From contig JAKMEE010000032.1 of NCBI GenBank assembly GCA_022426155.1, forward strand, positions 9,800 through 73,799: a DNA stretch of 64,000 nt. Direction: 5' to 3'. Positions 1 through 9,309 of the stretch are shown here, piece after piece. This DNA comes from Poseidonia sp. (GTDB taxonomy: Archaea > Thermoplasmatota > Poseidoniia > Poseidoniales > Poseidoniaceae). The first letter of the stretch is position 1, and each line of letters begins with the position of its first letter. The notes below the pieces were generated by a model. It did no database searches. It worked only from the letters and a program-made list of their open reading frames with translations, and was not told where the DNA came from. Both the position numbers and the translations under genes were made by a program.

Positions 1-629
1 ACGGTATAGGTTGAATTTGGAATCATGCCAAATTTCCACATCAATCGTCCGTATAAGCGAACGAATGCATACGCTTGTAAGGTAATCCAAGTTCTCTCAA
101 TCCAAAGAAGACTTTCTGGTTCAAATGCTAAATGAATTGCGCAGTAAATATGAAGTGACGAGATTCCAATATATGCTGGAACCATGATTCCTTTCGCTCC
201 AAATACACCCGGAGTCTGAAACAATGCTGAAGGTGCGTGCGCAGTAAATACACAGACAAGTGTGATCATTGACCATGTATATCCTGAAAACACGATGACA
301 TCACCGGTGTAAATACAAAACCAAGCCATGGCTCCAGCAATGACTTCAGCAGAGCCTGCAATTATGTGACTCATCATAGTGAACTTTCGTTTCGGCAACA
401 TGATGTATTTTGGATGTGGTGGGTTGGTAGCATGAAAGTAAATGATATACATATTCAGAAGTATAGAAAAAGCGGCGAAAGCTATGAATTGAGATTTGTA
501 TTGCATTGAAGAATATATCCAAGAAGTGCCCTCTCCGTTTCCAAAATAGTCCAAAAAGAGCCAATAAATTCCAAAATAAGCACCCATTGTAAGGAAAAAG
601 ACCAAACCCCTCAGTTTCCGATTTGACAT
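1..629 (-). CDS. Multi-pass membrane protein with several His-containing motifs, running off the left edge of the window
   Basis: Not in the ORF track. Manual translation from ATG 629 is open to position 1: MSNRKLRGLVFFLTMGAYFGIYW...YFHATNPPHPKYIMLPKRKFTMMSHIIAGSAEV...TAHAPSALFQTPGVFGAKG...LHIYCAIHLAFEP; several hydrophobic helices. Confidence 0.8.
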   Translation of the reverse strand, partial: MSNRKLRGLVFFLTMGAYFGIYWLFLDYFGNGEGTSWIYSSMQYKSQFIAFAAFSILLNMYIIYFHATNPPHPKYIMLPKRKFTMMSHIIAGSAEVIAGAMAWFCIYTGDVIVFSGYTWSMITLVCVFTAHAPSALFQTPGVFGAKGIMVPAYIGISSLHIYCAIHLAFEPESLLWIERTWITLQAYAFVRLYGRLMWKFGMIPNSTYT

Positions 630-715
630 AGCAAGTGTTTATCGGGCTTGTTTATAATTTCATTCATTATGAAGCCAGGGGTTATCTTGATGAATAAAAG
701 AGATGTCGTTTAGCC

Positions 716-2329
716 ATGGCTCCGAGAAGGATAGTGATTCTCGGAGGTGGCTACGGAGCACTGTACTCATGCCCAAGATTGAAGCGAGCGGCTCGTCAAG
801 GAAAGGTAGAAGTCACCTTGATTAATAAAGAAAATTTTCACATTTGGCATGGTTTCATTGGTGAAATGCTTGTTGGAAAGATTTCTCCTCGCAGCATCTT
901 AACGCCTGCTCGGCGTGTCTTCCAGCCAGCAAAAATCATACTGGCGATTGTCAATCAAATCGATCGGGAAAAGAAGTTAGTAAGCTTCATTCGGGAACAC
1001 GATGGCCTGCCGGGGACAATTCCCTATGATGATTTAATCATCAATGTGGGAACGCGACAAAGTTCTGAATCATTTCCGGGATTGGATGAACATGGATTTA
1101 AATTAAAAAAATGGGATCACTGTTTCCAACTTCGTAATCACATACCACGAATGTTTGAACTGGCAAGTTCGACTGATGATGAAGATGAACGACGTGCCAT
1201 GCTCACATTTTTTGTTGCAGGGGGCGGATTTTCTGGTACAGAAGTTGCAGGCTCCCTGGCTTCCCTTGCTAAAAAAGTCATAAAAAAGGATTACAAAGAG
1301 TTGGATATGTCTGAGGTAAGAATTGTTTTGGTTCATCCTGGAAAGACGATCTTGCCTGAATTTTATGGCCCGAGAGTCAATACAAACCAAGTTAAACAAT
1401 ATCCGTCATTGGTAAAGTATGCTGAGAAACAACTCAAAAAATCCGGCGTAGAATTGAAGACCGAGACAAGAATTTTAGCGGTTTCTCCGAAGTCGGTCAC
1501 CTTGGATGATGGGATTGTTATTCCAACTCGAACCGTAATTAGTGCAATTGGAACTAGCCCACAAGCCCTCGTTTTTGGAAGTGACCTACCACTGACAGAA
1601 TCTCAACGTTTGGATTGTGAACCCTCTGGTTTGGTCAAAGGTTGCACGGATATTTATGCTGCCGGCGATTGTGCAGCAATTCCACATCCGAAAGGGGGGG
1701 AAATTCCACCCACTGCTTGGTGGGCAATGAAAGCAGGTGACCATGTTGCAAAAAATATTCTAAGGGCAATGAAAGGCAAGAAGCCCAAGCCATTCAAATT
1801 AACAGGGCTTGGTCAGGCGGTATCGATTGGTAATAATCGGGCTTGTGCGGAGTTGAAAGGAATTCCGATAAAAGGCTTCACTGCATGGGTGACCTGGCGA
1901 ATATTTTTGCTTTACTATTTCCCTTCAGTCGATGGAAAAGTCCGCCTTCTCTCTGATTGGATGATTTCCCCATTATTGGGTAGAGATATCATTGATATGA
2001 GTGTTGACGATTTTGACGATTTCGAAATTAAAAGAATGCGGTATCAGCCAGGTGAATTGATTGTTGAGCAAGGTCGGGTCGGAAACACATATCAATTGAT
2101 TCTTTCAGGTCAAGCGATTGTATCCCAAGATGTGGATGGCGATGGTGTTGACGACTTCGTCAAAACTCTTGGTGTTGGAGATCTGATTGGGCACGATTCA
2201 TCCGATGGAATTGCAAAATATTCAGTCAAAAGTGATGATGTCCTAGAAACGGTTGCTTTACGACACGATGAAGCAGAAGACTTGGCACGTACATTCTCTA
2301 TTTTGTTGAAGAGCGAGCATTCCTCTTGA
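716..2329 (+). CDS. Type II NADH dehydrogenase-like FAD oxidoreductase with C-terminal cNMP-binding-like domain
   Basis: IVILGGGYGA, VAGGGFSGTEVAG, IYAAGDCA, amphipathic GFTAWVTWR region; C-terminal YQPGELIVEQGRVGNTYQLILSG...LGVGDLIG is cNMP-fold-like. Confidence 0.85.
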   Translation: MAPRRIVILGGGYGALYSCPRLKRAARQGKVEVTLINKENFHIWHGFIGEMLVGKISPRSILTPARRVFQPAKIILAIVNQIDREKKLVSFIREHDGLPGTIPYDDLIINVGTRQSSESFPGLDEHGFKLKKWDHCFQLRNHIPRMFELASSTDDEDERRAMLTFFVAGGGFSGTEVAGSLASLAKKVIKKDYKELDMSEVRIVLVHPGKTILPEFYGPRVNTNQVKQYPSLVKYAEKQLKKSGVELKTETRILAVSPKSVTLDDGIVIPTRTVISAIGTSPQALVFGSDLPLTESQRLDCEPSGLVKGCTDIYAAGDCAAIPHPKGGEIPPTAWWAMKAGDHVAKNILRAMKGKKPKPFKLTGLGQAVSIGNNRACAELKGIPIKGFTAWVTWRIFLLYYFPSVDGKVRLLSDWMISPLLGRDIIDMSVDDFDDFEIKRMRYQPGELIVEQGRVGNTYQLILSGQAIVSQDVDGDGVDDFVKTLGVGDLIGHDSSDGIAKYSVKSDDVLETVALRHDEAEDLARTFSILLKSEHSS

Positions 2330-3359
2330 TGCTAAGTTCAAACAATTCCATCAATGCCTGCTCGATTATTTCAACATCATTGAGCAAATTCCCGTGGCTT
2401 TGAGATGTCTCATATTCGATATCAATCGGATAGAATGGCTTTGCTGAATCAAACAATATTCTTCCGTCACCCGGTTCTAAACTCGGTTGGTCGATGTCCC
2501 ATTTGTTGGATGTGGTTCGTTTGTATGAACATGGAGTTTGATGTTTCAAACTACGTACTATTCCGGTAGGGGGTATTTCTTTGGAAATTGGCCACTCCGA
2601 CTCAATTGTTGTTCGAATCCTTTGTGCGGTAAGAAGTGCTTGGTCCAAGTGTTTCATGTCTTTCTTGGAGAGTGTGGATTTAGATGAAAACAAACCCAAG
2701 CCATTCGCCCTCCATGAGTTTGAATCGTACCAATTATGGTCAACTTCATTTCCATCTTGGTCAAAAAGTCTAGAATGACCTGCGAGTGGAAAGTATGTCC
2801 ACGGAGCAGTCCACGTGAAGTGAACGCTTTGATCGATGATTGTTCTGTTTCTCAGAATACGCTCTCCCCTGGTCATGTCTGGGAGAAAACTTACCCCATC
2901 CCCAAAAGGTACGCCACAATGGAGTACGCCGTGGACCTTCGGACACGATTCCATTCGCAGTGCTAATTCTGTAACGATTCCACCGTTGCTGTGAGTTATC
3001 AGCAAAGGGATGTCTTGTTCATTGGTTATTCTTTCGATGAAGGCGACCAGGAGATCCGCAGCTTCTTCTTGCGATCTACGCCAGTCGTATGTAAATGAAT
3101 GAACTCTCCACAATTTTTTCCCTAGGCCATTGAGGAATTTACCGTAAATTGACTTTCCAGCGAGTGAAGATATCGGTTTTCCGCTCCGATCACTCGTTTT
3201 GGATTGAATTCCATCGTCCCAAGAGATAGGTAGTGCCATGCTTGTGTCTTTGTTATACAGTATGTCTCGGATTCGCAGCCACTTTTTGTTACCCTTGGCT
3301 CCAATCAATTCGCACCCTTTGATTCCATGGATAAAAATCAGTGGTGGATTGGATGCCAT
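2298..3359 (-). CDS. Alpha/beta hydrolase, LCAT/PGAP1-like lipase or acyltransferase
   Basis: LIFIHGIKG, FTYDWRRS, nucleophile elbow ITHSNGG, GVPFG, C-terminal GDGRI...HGNLL. Confidence 0.8.
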   Translation of the reverse strand: MASNPPLIFIHGIKGCELIGAKGNKKWLRIRDILYNKDTSMALPISWDDGIQSKTSDRSGKPISSLAGKSIYGKFLNGLGKKLWRVHSFTYDWRRSQEEAADLLVAFIERITNEQDIPLLITHSNGGIVTELALRMESCPKVHGVLHCGVPFGDGVSFLPDMTRGERILRNRTIIDQSVHFTWTAPWTYFPLAGHSRLFDQDGNEVDHNWYDSNSWRANGLGLFSSKSTLSKKDMKHLDQALLTAQRIRTTIESEWPISKEIPPTGIVRSLKHQTPCSYKRTTSNKWDIDQPSLEPGDGRILFDSAKPFYPIDIEYETSQSHGNLLNDVEIIEQALMELFELSIKRNARSSTK

Positions 3360-3500
3360 GAAGTCACCTAACTACGCCATTGAACATGGGGTAATAACTT
3401 AATCTCACCATTCCAAAGTTAGGTAAACCCGTTCAACATCAATGTAAGCTACACTCACCTTAACCACGGTCAAACACTCGTTCTGGTAGGTTTGGTTTCA

Positions 3501-3782
3501 CTATTTTTTTCTCGATACTTCACAATACACGGTTTTTCCACTTCGGAGTAAATTTACTATGTTCGTGTGAACATCGTGTTTTCCAGAAATCAACCTCCAC
3601 AAATAATTCTCGGGGTGTTCTGATCCATGGGTTGATGCCCAGTTAGAATTTGGCGAGCGGAAAATAATGCTCACGTCCACTCCCTCCCAGCGAAGTCGAA
3701 AATCATCCAGTTCCCCTCCGCGGTTTTCAATGAGATTTGTTGTGATTTCAATTCGTTCTTTGTCCATTATTGGCTCCTCCAA
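3501..3782 (-). CDS. Hypothetical protein
   Basis: 93-aa ORF filling the gap, co-oriented with both neighbours; ATG at 3767 is an alternative start. Confidence 0.55.
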   Translation of the reverse strand: MEEPIMDKERIEITTNLIENRGGELDDFRLRWEGVDVSIIFRSPNSNWASTHGSEHPENYLWRLISGKHDVHTNIVNLLRSGKTVYCEVSRKK

Positions 3783-3818
3783 GAATCAGTATTAGATCGG
3801 ACTCAGAAGCCTTGGGTT

Positions 3819-4898
3819 TCAAGGCCAAGAACCAGGATGATTTGTTCTCATCCATTCATATCGATTATCCATCACATCAAAGTCATGGAAGTTCTCAACG
3901 GTGGAAACTCTTCCTGTCCGAGAATTAGGAGGCGAAGGCATCGCTTGTTTGGGTGGTAAATTTGGGTCAAGAATGCACTCAATTGCTAAATCAATTGTGG
4001 GTTCAACCCAGCTCCAATCCAGTGGAGTTTCTGTATGAGCACTTTCTAACTGCAAATCCAAACTAGTGGTGAAATCTACTTGACTGCCATGGCCAGCGTT
4101 GAAGATGATGTGATGGCCGATGGGGTGAACACGATGAGGAAGCCCCTCGCGTGCCACAATCCTCTCCATCATCCATGCATAGAACTCGAGTTGTCGGATA
4201 TACGCTCGATGAAATTTTCCAGATGAGTGTCTTGGATTCCACCATTCGGTTACTTTCTCTTGCCATTTGGATGGTTTACTGCTTGTTGATTTATAATCGA
4301 TGATAACCAACCAAGGTTGACCATCTTCATCAGTGTATTCAAGGATGTCATCCGGCATACCGTACACATTAAATCGAGCATAGGGGTCTGTTGGACGTTG
4401 GTACAAGATGCCACGGGTACGGGCCCACCTCCACTGCGCATATGGACGTCGGCCACATAAATCCACGAAGAAATCAGGGTCAGTCGGATGTATCCACGGG
4501 ACCATGTCGGCAAGAGGGGTCCCTGAAAAATGTGGAATAGCCCCCACTCGTGAAAGAGTTCCTGACGCACGAATGACATCGGTTGAAGCCTCTGCCAATG
4601 TGCCGATGCGCTCGTTGATTGTGAAACTCGCCCCAGATAACCTCGCAGCAAATGCTCCGTTAAATCTCAACCAAAATTGACGTGGGCTCTCGAGGAAAAT
4701 GCCCAATGTACCTTGGCTGAGGTCTTTTGTGAAATCACTGCCTCTCTGGCCGACTCCATAGAATATTTGAGTTGCGGCCGTCGATGGGTCATACGCCGTG
4801 CGATCGTACCCTCCAACTTTCTTATCCAAGAGAATTCGATTCGCAGGAAATCCTGGAAGGAATTGGTATGATTCATTGCCTGGGTCTCCGACTGTCAT
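3819..4898 (-). CDS. PD-(D/E)XK nuclease family protein (AddB/Cas4-like fold)
   Basis: GMPDDIL...IIDYKSTS...YIRQLEFYAWM motifs. Confidence 0.8.
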   Translation of the reverse strand: MTVGDPGNESYQFLPGFPANRILLDKKVGGYDRTAYDPSTAATQIFYGVGQRGSDFTKDLSQGTLGIFLESPRQFWLRFNGAFAARLSGASFTINERIGTLAEASTDVIRASGTLSRVGAIPHFSGTPLADMVPWIHPTDPDFFVDLCGRRPYAQWRWARTRGILYQRPTDPYARFNVYGMPDDILEYTDEDGQPWLVIIDYKSTSSKPSKWQEKVTEWWNPRHSSGKFHRAYIRQLEFYAWMMERIVAREGLPHRVHPIGHHIIFNAGHGSQVDFTTSLDLQLESAHTETPLDWSWVEPTIDLAIECILDPNLPPKQAMPSPPNSRTGRVSTVENFHDFDVMDNRYEWMRTNHPGSWP

Positions 4899-4992
4899 GG
4901 GTTCAAACTCTCGCTGATGCTTTTCAAATTTACCCTACTACATGGTGTCCAGAAAAACACCCACTTATATGCTGGAAGATGAATGTAACCAC

Positions 4993-5784
4993 ATGCGAAA
5001 AGGTATTCTCGGCGTTCTCGTCCTTGTCATTGGCTTATCCATGCTTTCAGTAACAGCCATGCTCGGTTTAGGCATGAATCCTTTTTCGTCAACGGAACGG
5101 CCGTTTGAAATTTCGGTGAATGATGAGGTTGGGACCAATCGCTACGTTATGATTGAGGTTGACGAAGGAGATAACGATGAAGAAGAAATGATCACTGAAA
5201 TTTTTCATGAATTTCAATTCACTTCAAATTCCGATGAGGGCATGGTAACTTGGGACTTCGGCGACGGTGAAGTTCAAACAGGCCAGGCCGTCACCCATCA
5301 ATTTACAAACCCAGGTGTTCATACTGTGAAAGCAACCTTGGTGACCGGAGAGATGGTTACAATGCGTAGTCTTACCGTCACAGTTCACCTCGATTCAGAG
5401 GTGGAAGCCGATAACATGGAGTGCGCCTGTGCGCCAACTGGGAAGGACACGATCATCGTCTTATCATCAAACGTCGGTCAATCCACTTTGGAAGGCTTTG
5501 TACAGGTTCAGCACGATGGTAGCAGCGAATCCTGCAGTCTTCGCAACCCTCTGCAGGAATGCCACGTCCGTGTGATGGTTCAAACATTGCAAGAAGGCTC
5601 CGTGATTCAACAGGATATTCTTTTCGATGATACTTTCCGCAGTAACGAATACGTGGTGGATTTCATGTTTGAGGATCTTACACTCGAGGAAGGACAAACG
5701 CTTCAGTTACGTCTCGAAACCGATCAAGTACGTGATTGGCATAAACCGACAGCAGCATGGATGACGAGCGCACCATTGATTTGA
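4993..5784 (+). CDS. Membrane-anchored or secreted PKD-domain protein
   Basis: N-terminal hydrophobic helix after MRK; VTWDFGDG...VTHQFTNPGVHTVKATL PKD signature; Cys-containing C-terminal domain. Start trimmed from 4942. Confidence 0.75.
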   Translation: MRKGILGVLVLVIGLSMLSVTAMLGLGMNPFSSTERPFEISVNDEVGTNRYVMIEVDEGDNDEEEMITEIFHEFQFTSNSDEGMVTWDFGDGEVQTGQAVTHQFTNPGVHTVKATLVTGEMVTMRSLTVTVHLDSEVEADNMECACAPTGKDTIIVLSSNVGQSTLEGFVQVQHDGSSESCSLRNPLQECHVRVMVQTLQEGSVIQQDILFDDTFRSNEYVVDFMFEDLTLEEGQTLQLRLETDQVRDWHKPTAAWMTSAPLI

Positions 5785-5797
5785 CCTGTTGATTGGA

Positions 5798-6181
5798 TCA
5801 GTCCCAACCCATCACCTTGCGAAGGGTCGCTGAGGTGACGAGTGCCTCAATGGTTTCACTGCCCATGTCCTTCAAATAACTCTCACCTATTTTTCCCCGA
5901 AATTCCGCTTCACTCAGGCCTGATGCATCCAGCCGATGGATGATGCTATTGTAAGCCGACATTCGACTTGCTGAAACAGGTCGAGGTGTGAAATTAATGG
6001 CGTGAAAGCACGTTTTACACATCGAATGGCCTGACCATTGCGTCATGCGGCCGCAACCAGATTCGCAAGGATTTGGCGCCTGTGAATGTGAAGGTTGAGA
6101 AGATTGCGAAGATTGCGAAGACTCATTGCCATCATTAATGCCTCCATTGAGGAGGTTGAATATAAACTGTAGAAATCCCAT
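5798..6181 (-). CDS. Hypothetical protein with possible C4 zinc finger
   Basis: CESGCGR...CKTCF; Ser/Gln linker; probable start MGFLQFIFNLL (ORF extends to 6235). Confidence 0.55.
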   Translation of the reverse strand: MGFLQFIFNLLNGGINDGNESSQSSQSSQPSHSQAPNPCESGCGRMTQWSGHSMCKTCFHAINFTPRPVSASRMSAYNSIIHRLDASGLSEAEFRGKIGESYLKDMGSETIEALVTSATLRKVMGWD

Positions 6182-6310
6182 GTGGCTCAACTCGTGACTG
6201 CGGGGCTGCCCGACCCCGCAGTCGATTGGATTCATGAAAAATTTTCATAAGGTCATTACCCGAAGGTTCTCTTGGACAGTGGGCCATTTGTTCATTCGGC
6301 CTATAATAAT

Positions 6311-7618
6311 TCAGTTTTTGACAACCATTCGGACAGCTGGCTCTCTGCGACCCGCAACTTCCTCATCCCCAGTTTCAATCTCAATGTCCAATCGCTTCAG
6401 AATTTCGAGGTGTGTCGCAGACCAGGGTACGTTGGATTGTTCTTTGCGAACCTCTCTCCAAATTCCCAGGGGTACCAACTCTCCTTCCATCGCTCCATCG
6501 CCCGGCTTGACAGGGGAAATATCCACCCAATAATGCCCTAGCCGTTGAATCTCTCCAGACAGTTGTGGGAAACCGAGCGATGGAAAGGTCTTGCGAAGTT
6601 GCTGCATTGGAATGGCTCGAGGGACGATGACCAATTCCCGCTGGTCCATGGAAAAAGCGAAGGCTGGCGTCCATTTCTTTTCTCTGAGTCGTTGCGCCGT
6701 ACGTTCGAGTTGTTGTTCCCCCCAACGTCGTGGAATCCATAGCAGAACTGCACTTCGTTCCTTAGTGCCAATGACTTGGCTGCTCAATTGAAGCCCTGTT
6801 CTCGTTGCTTGCTCTGTCCCTGTTGAAGGTGTTGATTTCTTTTTCAAGGTCAAACGTTTCTTCAATCCAAGTAACATTTGTGGTAATGAAGACGGCCAGT
6901 AAGGCATGCGTTTGGCAGAGGGGTGGCGCGGAAGTTCCTTCTTCCATTGTTTCAGGGGTTGCCTGAGTTTTTCTCGAGTGATTCGAAAACAGCACCAGCC
7001 CGTAGTGCCATGAAGACTTCCAGGGAGTCGAATAATCCGACGAGTATCAGCGGTGACGCTCGGGTCAACGGGGAAACCTGCATCAAGCACACGTTTCAGG
7101 AGTGCTTTGCGCACCCTCCGAACTTCTTCCTCTCGTGTTTTGGGGTCCGGTATGGCAAACATTTCTCGGTTAGGGTCTGAAAAAATGAGATGAAATCCCT
7201 TTCCACCACTGAAACTAATGCTACGAAGTGTGAGATCTTCATGTTCATCCAACCATTCAAGCAGTGCCGATGCTGCGAGGCGTGCTCGTTCGAGTCGCCG
7301 ATGACAGAAGGGACGGAAATCAATATCGAACACCACCAAATGGTCGAGGAGGATTGGAGGTGCTCGTTCATCGTCGGTTAATTTTGGGAGATCGATAGGA
7401 TTGAGCCAAGATGACGTGCCAATGTACACATCACGTGGCCCTTGCTTTGAGAGAATCTTCCGAAGCATCTTGTCGTTGGAAATCTGCTTTGATGCTGTCA
7501 CCCACCGATTGTTTGGCATTCTCCATCGGAATTGATGCCAGGATGGTTTGTCAAGCCATTCCATGTCGGTTGGATTGGAGGCATACCATGCCTTCAATGT
7601 CTTTCGCTCGAACATCAA
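6311..7618 (-). CDS. Archaeo-eukaryotic primase (PriS-like) catalytic domain with C-terminal extension
   Basis: VVFDIDF (motif I), FSGGKGFHL (motif II), DPSVTADTRRIIRLPGSLHGTTG (motif III). Confidence 0.8.
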   Translation of the reverse strand: MMFERKTLKAWYASNPTDMEWLDKPSWHQFRWRMPNNRWVTASKQISNDKMLRKILSKQGPRDVYIGTSSWLNPIDLPKLTDDERAPPILLDHLVVFDIDFRPFCHRRLERARLAASALLEWLDEHEDLTLRSISFSGGKGFHLIFSDPNREMFAIPDPKTREEEVRRVRKALLKRVLDAGFPVDPSVTADTRRIIRLPGSLHGTTGWCCFRITREKLRQPLKQWKKELPRHPSAKRMPYWPSSLPQMLLGLKKRLTLKKKSTPSTGTEQATRTGLQLSSQVIGTKERSAVLLWIPRRWGEQQLERTAQRLREKKWTPAFAFSMDQRELVIVPRAIPMQQLRKTFPSLGFPQLSGEIQRLGHYWVDISPVKPGDGAMEGELVPLGIWREVRKEQSNVPWSATHLEILKRLDIEIETGDEEVAGRREPAVRMVVKN

Positions 7619-7713
7619 AATGAAGGGTATTTGGCATAGCCCTCAAAGTTTCCCTTTCGCCCCTTTCTCCGGTTTGGTGCTCTAATATAACGGGGAGTGG
7701 GCCATTGCGCCGA

Positions 7714-9114
7714 TCAACGGCGGTTATTTCGTCGACCCTGAGAGGAGCCGCCTTGTTGGCCACCAGAACGCTGGCCTGATGACCCACGTCCTCCCTGACC
7801 GCCAGAGGCTCGACCTCTGTTGCGTCCATTGCTTTGGCGTCGTTGTGAAGACTGTCCACCTCCGCCTTGTCCACGTCCACCCTGGCGGCCGTTGTTCGAA
7901 CGACGGCGAGAATTCGAAGATTTCTTTGCGTTCGGGTCCTTGATTTTTCCAGGTTTTTGACCCGGTTTTGGTCGTGCATTTTCAAAATGATATTGGTGGT
8001 CTTCAATGACTGGAATTTCATTTCCAATCAATTGCTGAATCCCAACAAGATAACCAGATTCGGAATCGTCACAAAAGCCGTAGGCCACTCCTGAACGACC
8101 AGCTCGTGCCGTCCGCCCAATTCGGTGGACATAGCTCTCTGGTTCATTAGGCAAATCATAATTGAACACGTGGGTAATACCTTCTACGTCAATACCTCTG
8201 CTGGCAATGTCGGTGGCGACCAAAATAGGAATATTCCCTTGCTTGAAACCCGCCAATGCTTTTGTTCTCGCACCTTGTGATTTGTTTCCGTGTATGGCTG
8301 CAGATTCAATACCGGCTTGGAGTAATTGCTTGACCAAACGGTTTGCACCGTGTTTGGTTCGAGTGAATACGATGCCACAAGCCACTGATTCATTTTCAAT
8401 GATGTTTACCAAGATTCGGCGCTTATCGGCCTTTCGTGTGAACATAATATGCTGTTCAATACGGTCGACTGTGATCTCTTTTGGACTGATGTCAACCGTG
8501 ACGGCATTACGAAGAAAGGAACTGGCTAGGCTGGCAATCGTTGTCGGCATGGTTGCGCTGAACAACAAGTTTTGGCGTTTATTCGGCAAAAGTTTGAGCA
8601 CCTTCTCAATGTCTCGAATGAATCCCATGTCAAGCATTCGATCTGCTTCATCGAGAACAAAAAATTCAACATGGGAGATGTCGATGTAGCCCTGCCCAAT
8701 CAAATCCAACAATCTTCCAGGTGTGGCGATGAGGACATCAAGTCCTTTTTGCAAGGCTCGTACTTGTGGACCTTGTTTGACACCACCGAATATGACGCGA
8801 TGGCGCACATCAAGATGGGTGCTATAGGCTCCAAAGCGCTCATCGATTTGAGCCGCGAGTTCACGGGTGGGAGAGAGGACAAGGGCCCGAATACGACGCT
8901 TGTGTTGAGGTCGTTCTTTGGTCATGGCTTGGAGGACGGGCAGAGCAAAGGCAGCTGTTTTTCCAGTTCCCGTTTGTGCAATGCCCAACACATCCTTTCC
9001 AGCAAGAAGGGGTGGGATGGATTGCAGTTGAACCGGAGTTGGGGTCTCATAGCCTTCGCTTTCGACCGCCCTAAGGAGAGGTTCAGAAAGGCCGAGATCT
9101 GAAAACCGTGTCAT
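7714..9114 (-). CDS. DEAD-box RNA helicase (RhlE-like)
   Basis: Q motif, AQTGTGKT, PTRELA, DEAD, SAT, HRIGRTAR; Gly/Arg/Gln-rich tail. Confidence 0.95.
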   Translation of the reverse strand: MTRFSDLGLSEPLLRAVESEGYETPTPVQLQSIPPLLAGKDVLGIAQTGTGKTAAFALPVLQAMTKERPQHKRRIRALVLSPTRELAAQIDERFGAYSTHLDVRHRVIFGGVKQGPQVRALQKGLDVLIATPGRLLDLIGQGYIDISHVEFFVLDEADRMLDMGFIRDIEKVLKLLPNKRQNLLFSATMPTTIASLASSFLRNAVTVDISPKEITVDRIEQHIMFTRKADKRRILVNIIENESVACGIVFTRTKHGANRLVKQLLQAGIESAAIHGNKSQGARTKALAGFKQGNIPILVATDIASRGIDVEGITHVFNYDLPNEPESYVHRIGRTARAGRSGVAYGFCDDSESGYLVGIQQLIGNEIPVIEDHQYHFENARPKPGQKPGKIKDPNAKKSSNSRRRSNNGRQGGRGQGGGGQSSQRRQSNGRNRGRASGGQGGRGSSGQRSGGQQGGSSQGRRNNRR

Positions 9115-9309
9115 ACAACCCACTCCGGTGCGGTCAATGGTATGCCTGAAAACTGTTGGCAGAGTGAGTGCATACCCCGCGGTCAGCCATCTCCCCTAAA
9201 ACCGAAGGGGTCCATTGAAGCAAAAAAGGGGGCCTTTGGATGGTGGGAGGCTGTTACGGGGCGAAAGGCTAAGCCGCATCGCTGGGACATTGGGTTGGAG
9301 GCCAAGGGT

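Noticed and set aside
346-564. 72-aa ORF from the track
   Set aside because: Out-of-frame shadow of the longer membrane-protein frame starting at 629
3819-4898. CRISPR-associated Cas4
   Set aside because: No repeat-spacer array or other cas genes in the window, and the Fe-S cysteines are absent
6099-6121. Short 9-bp tandem repeat (GAAGATTGC)
   Set aside because: About two and a half copies encoding an in-frame Ser/Gln linker; not an array
7714-7930. GC-rich repetitive stretch
   Set aside because: Encodes the usual Gly/Arg/Gln-rich tail of DEAD-box helicases
3819-9114. Nuclease + primase + helicase as a provirus or plasmid replication module
   Set aside because: The helicase is a DEAD-box RNA helicase, a PKD gene intervenes, and no integrase, capsid or terminal repeats are seen
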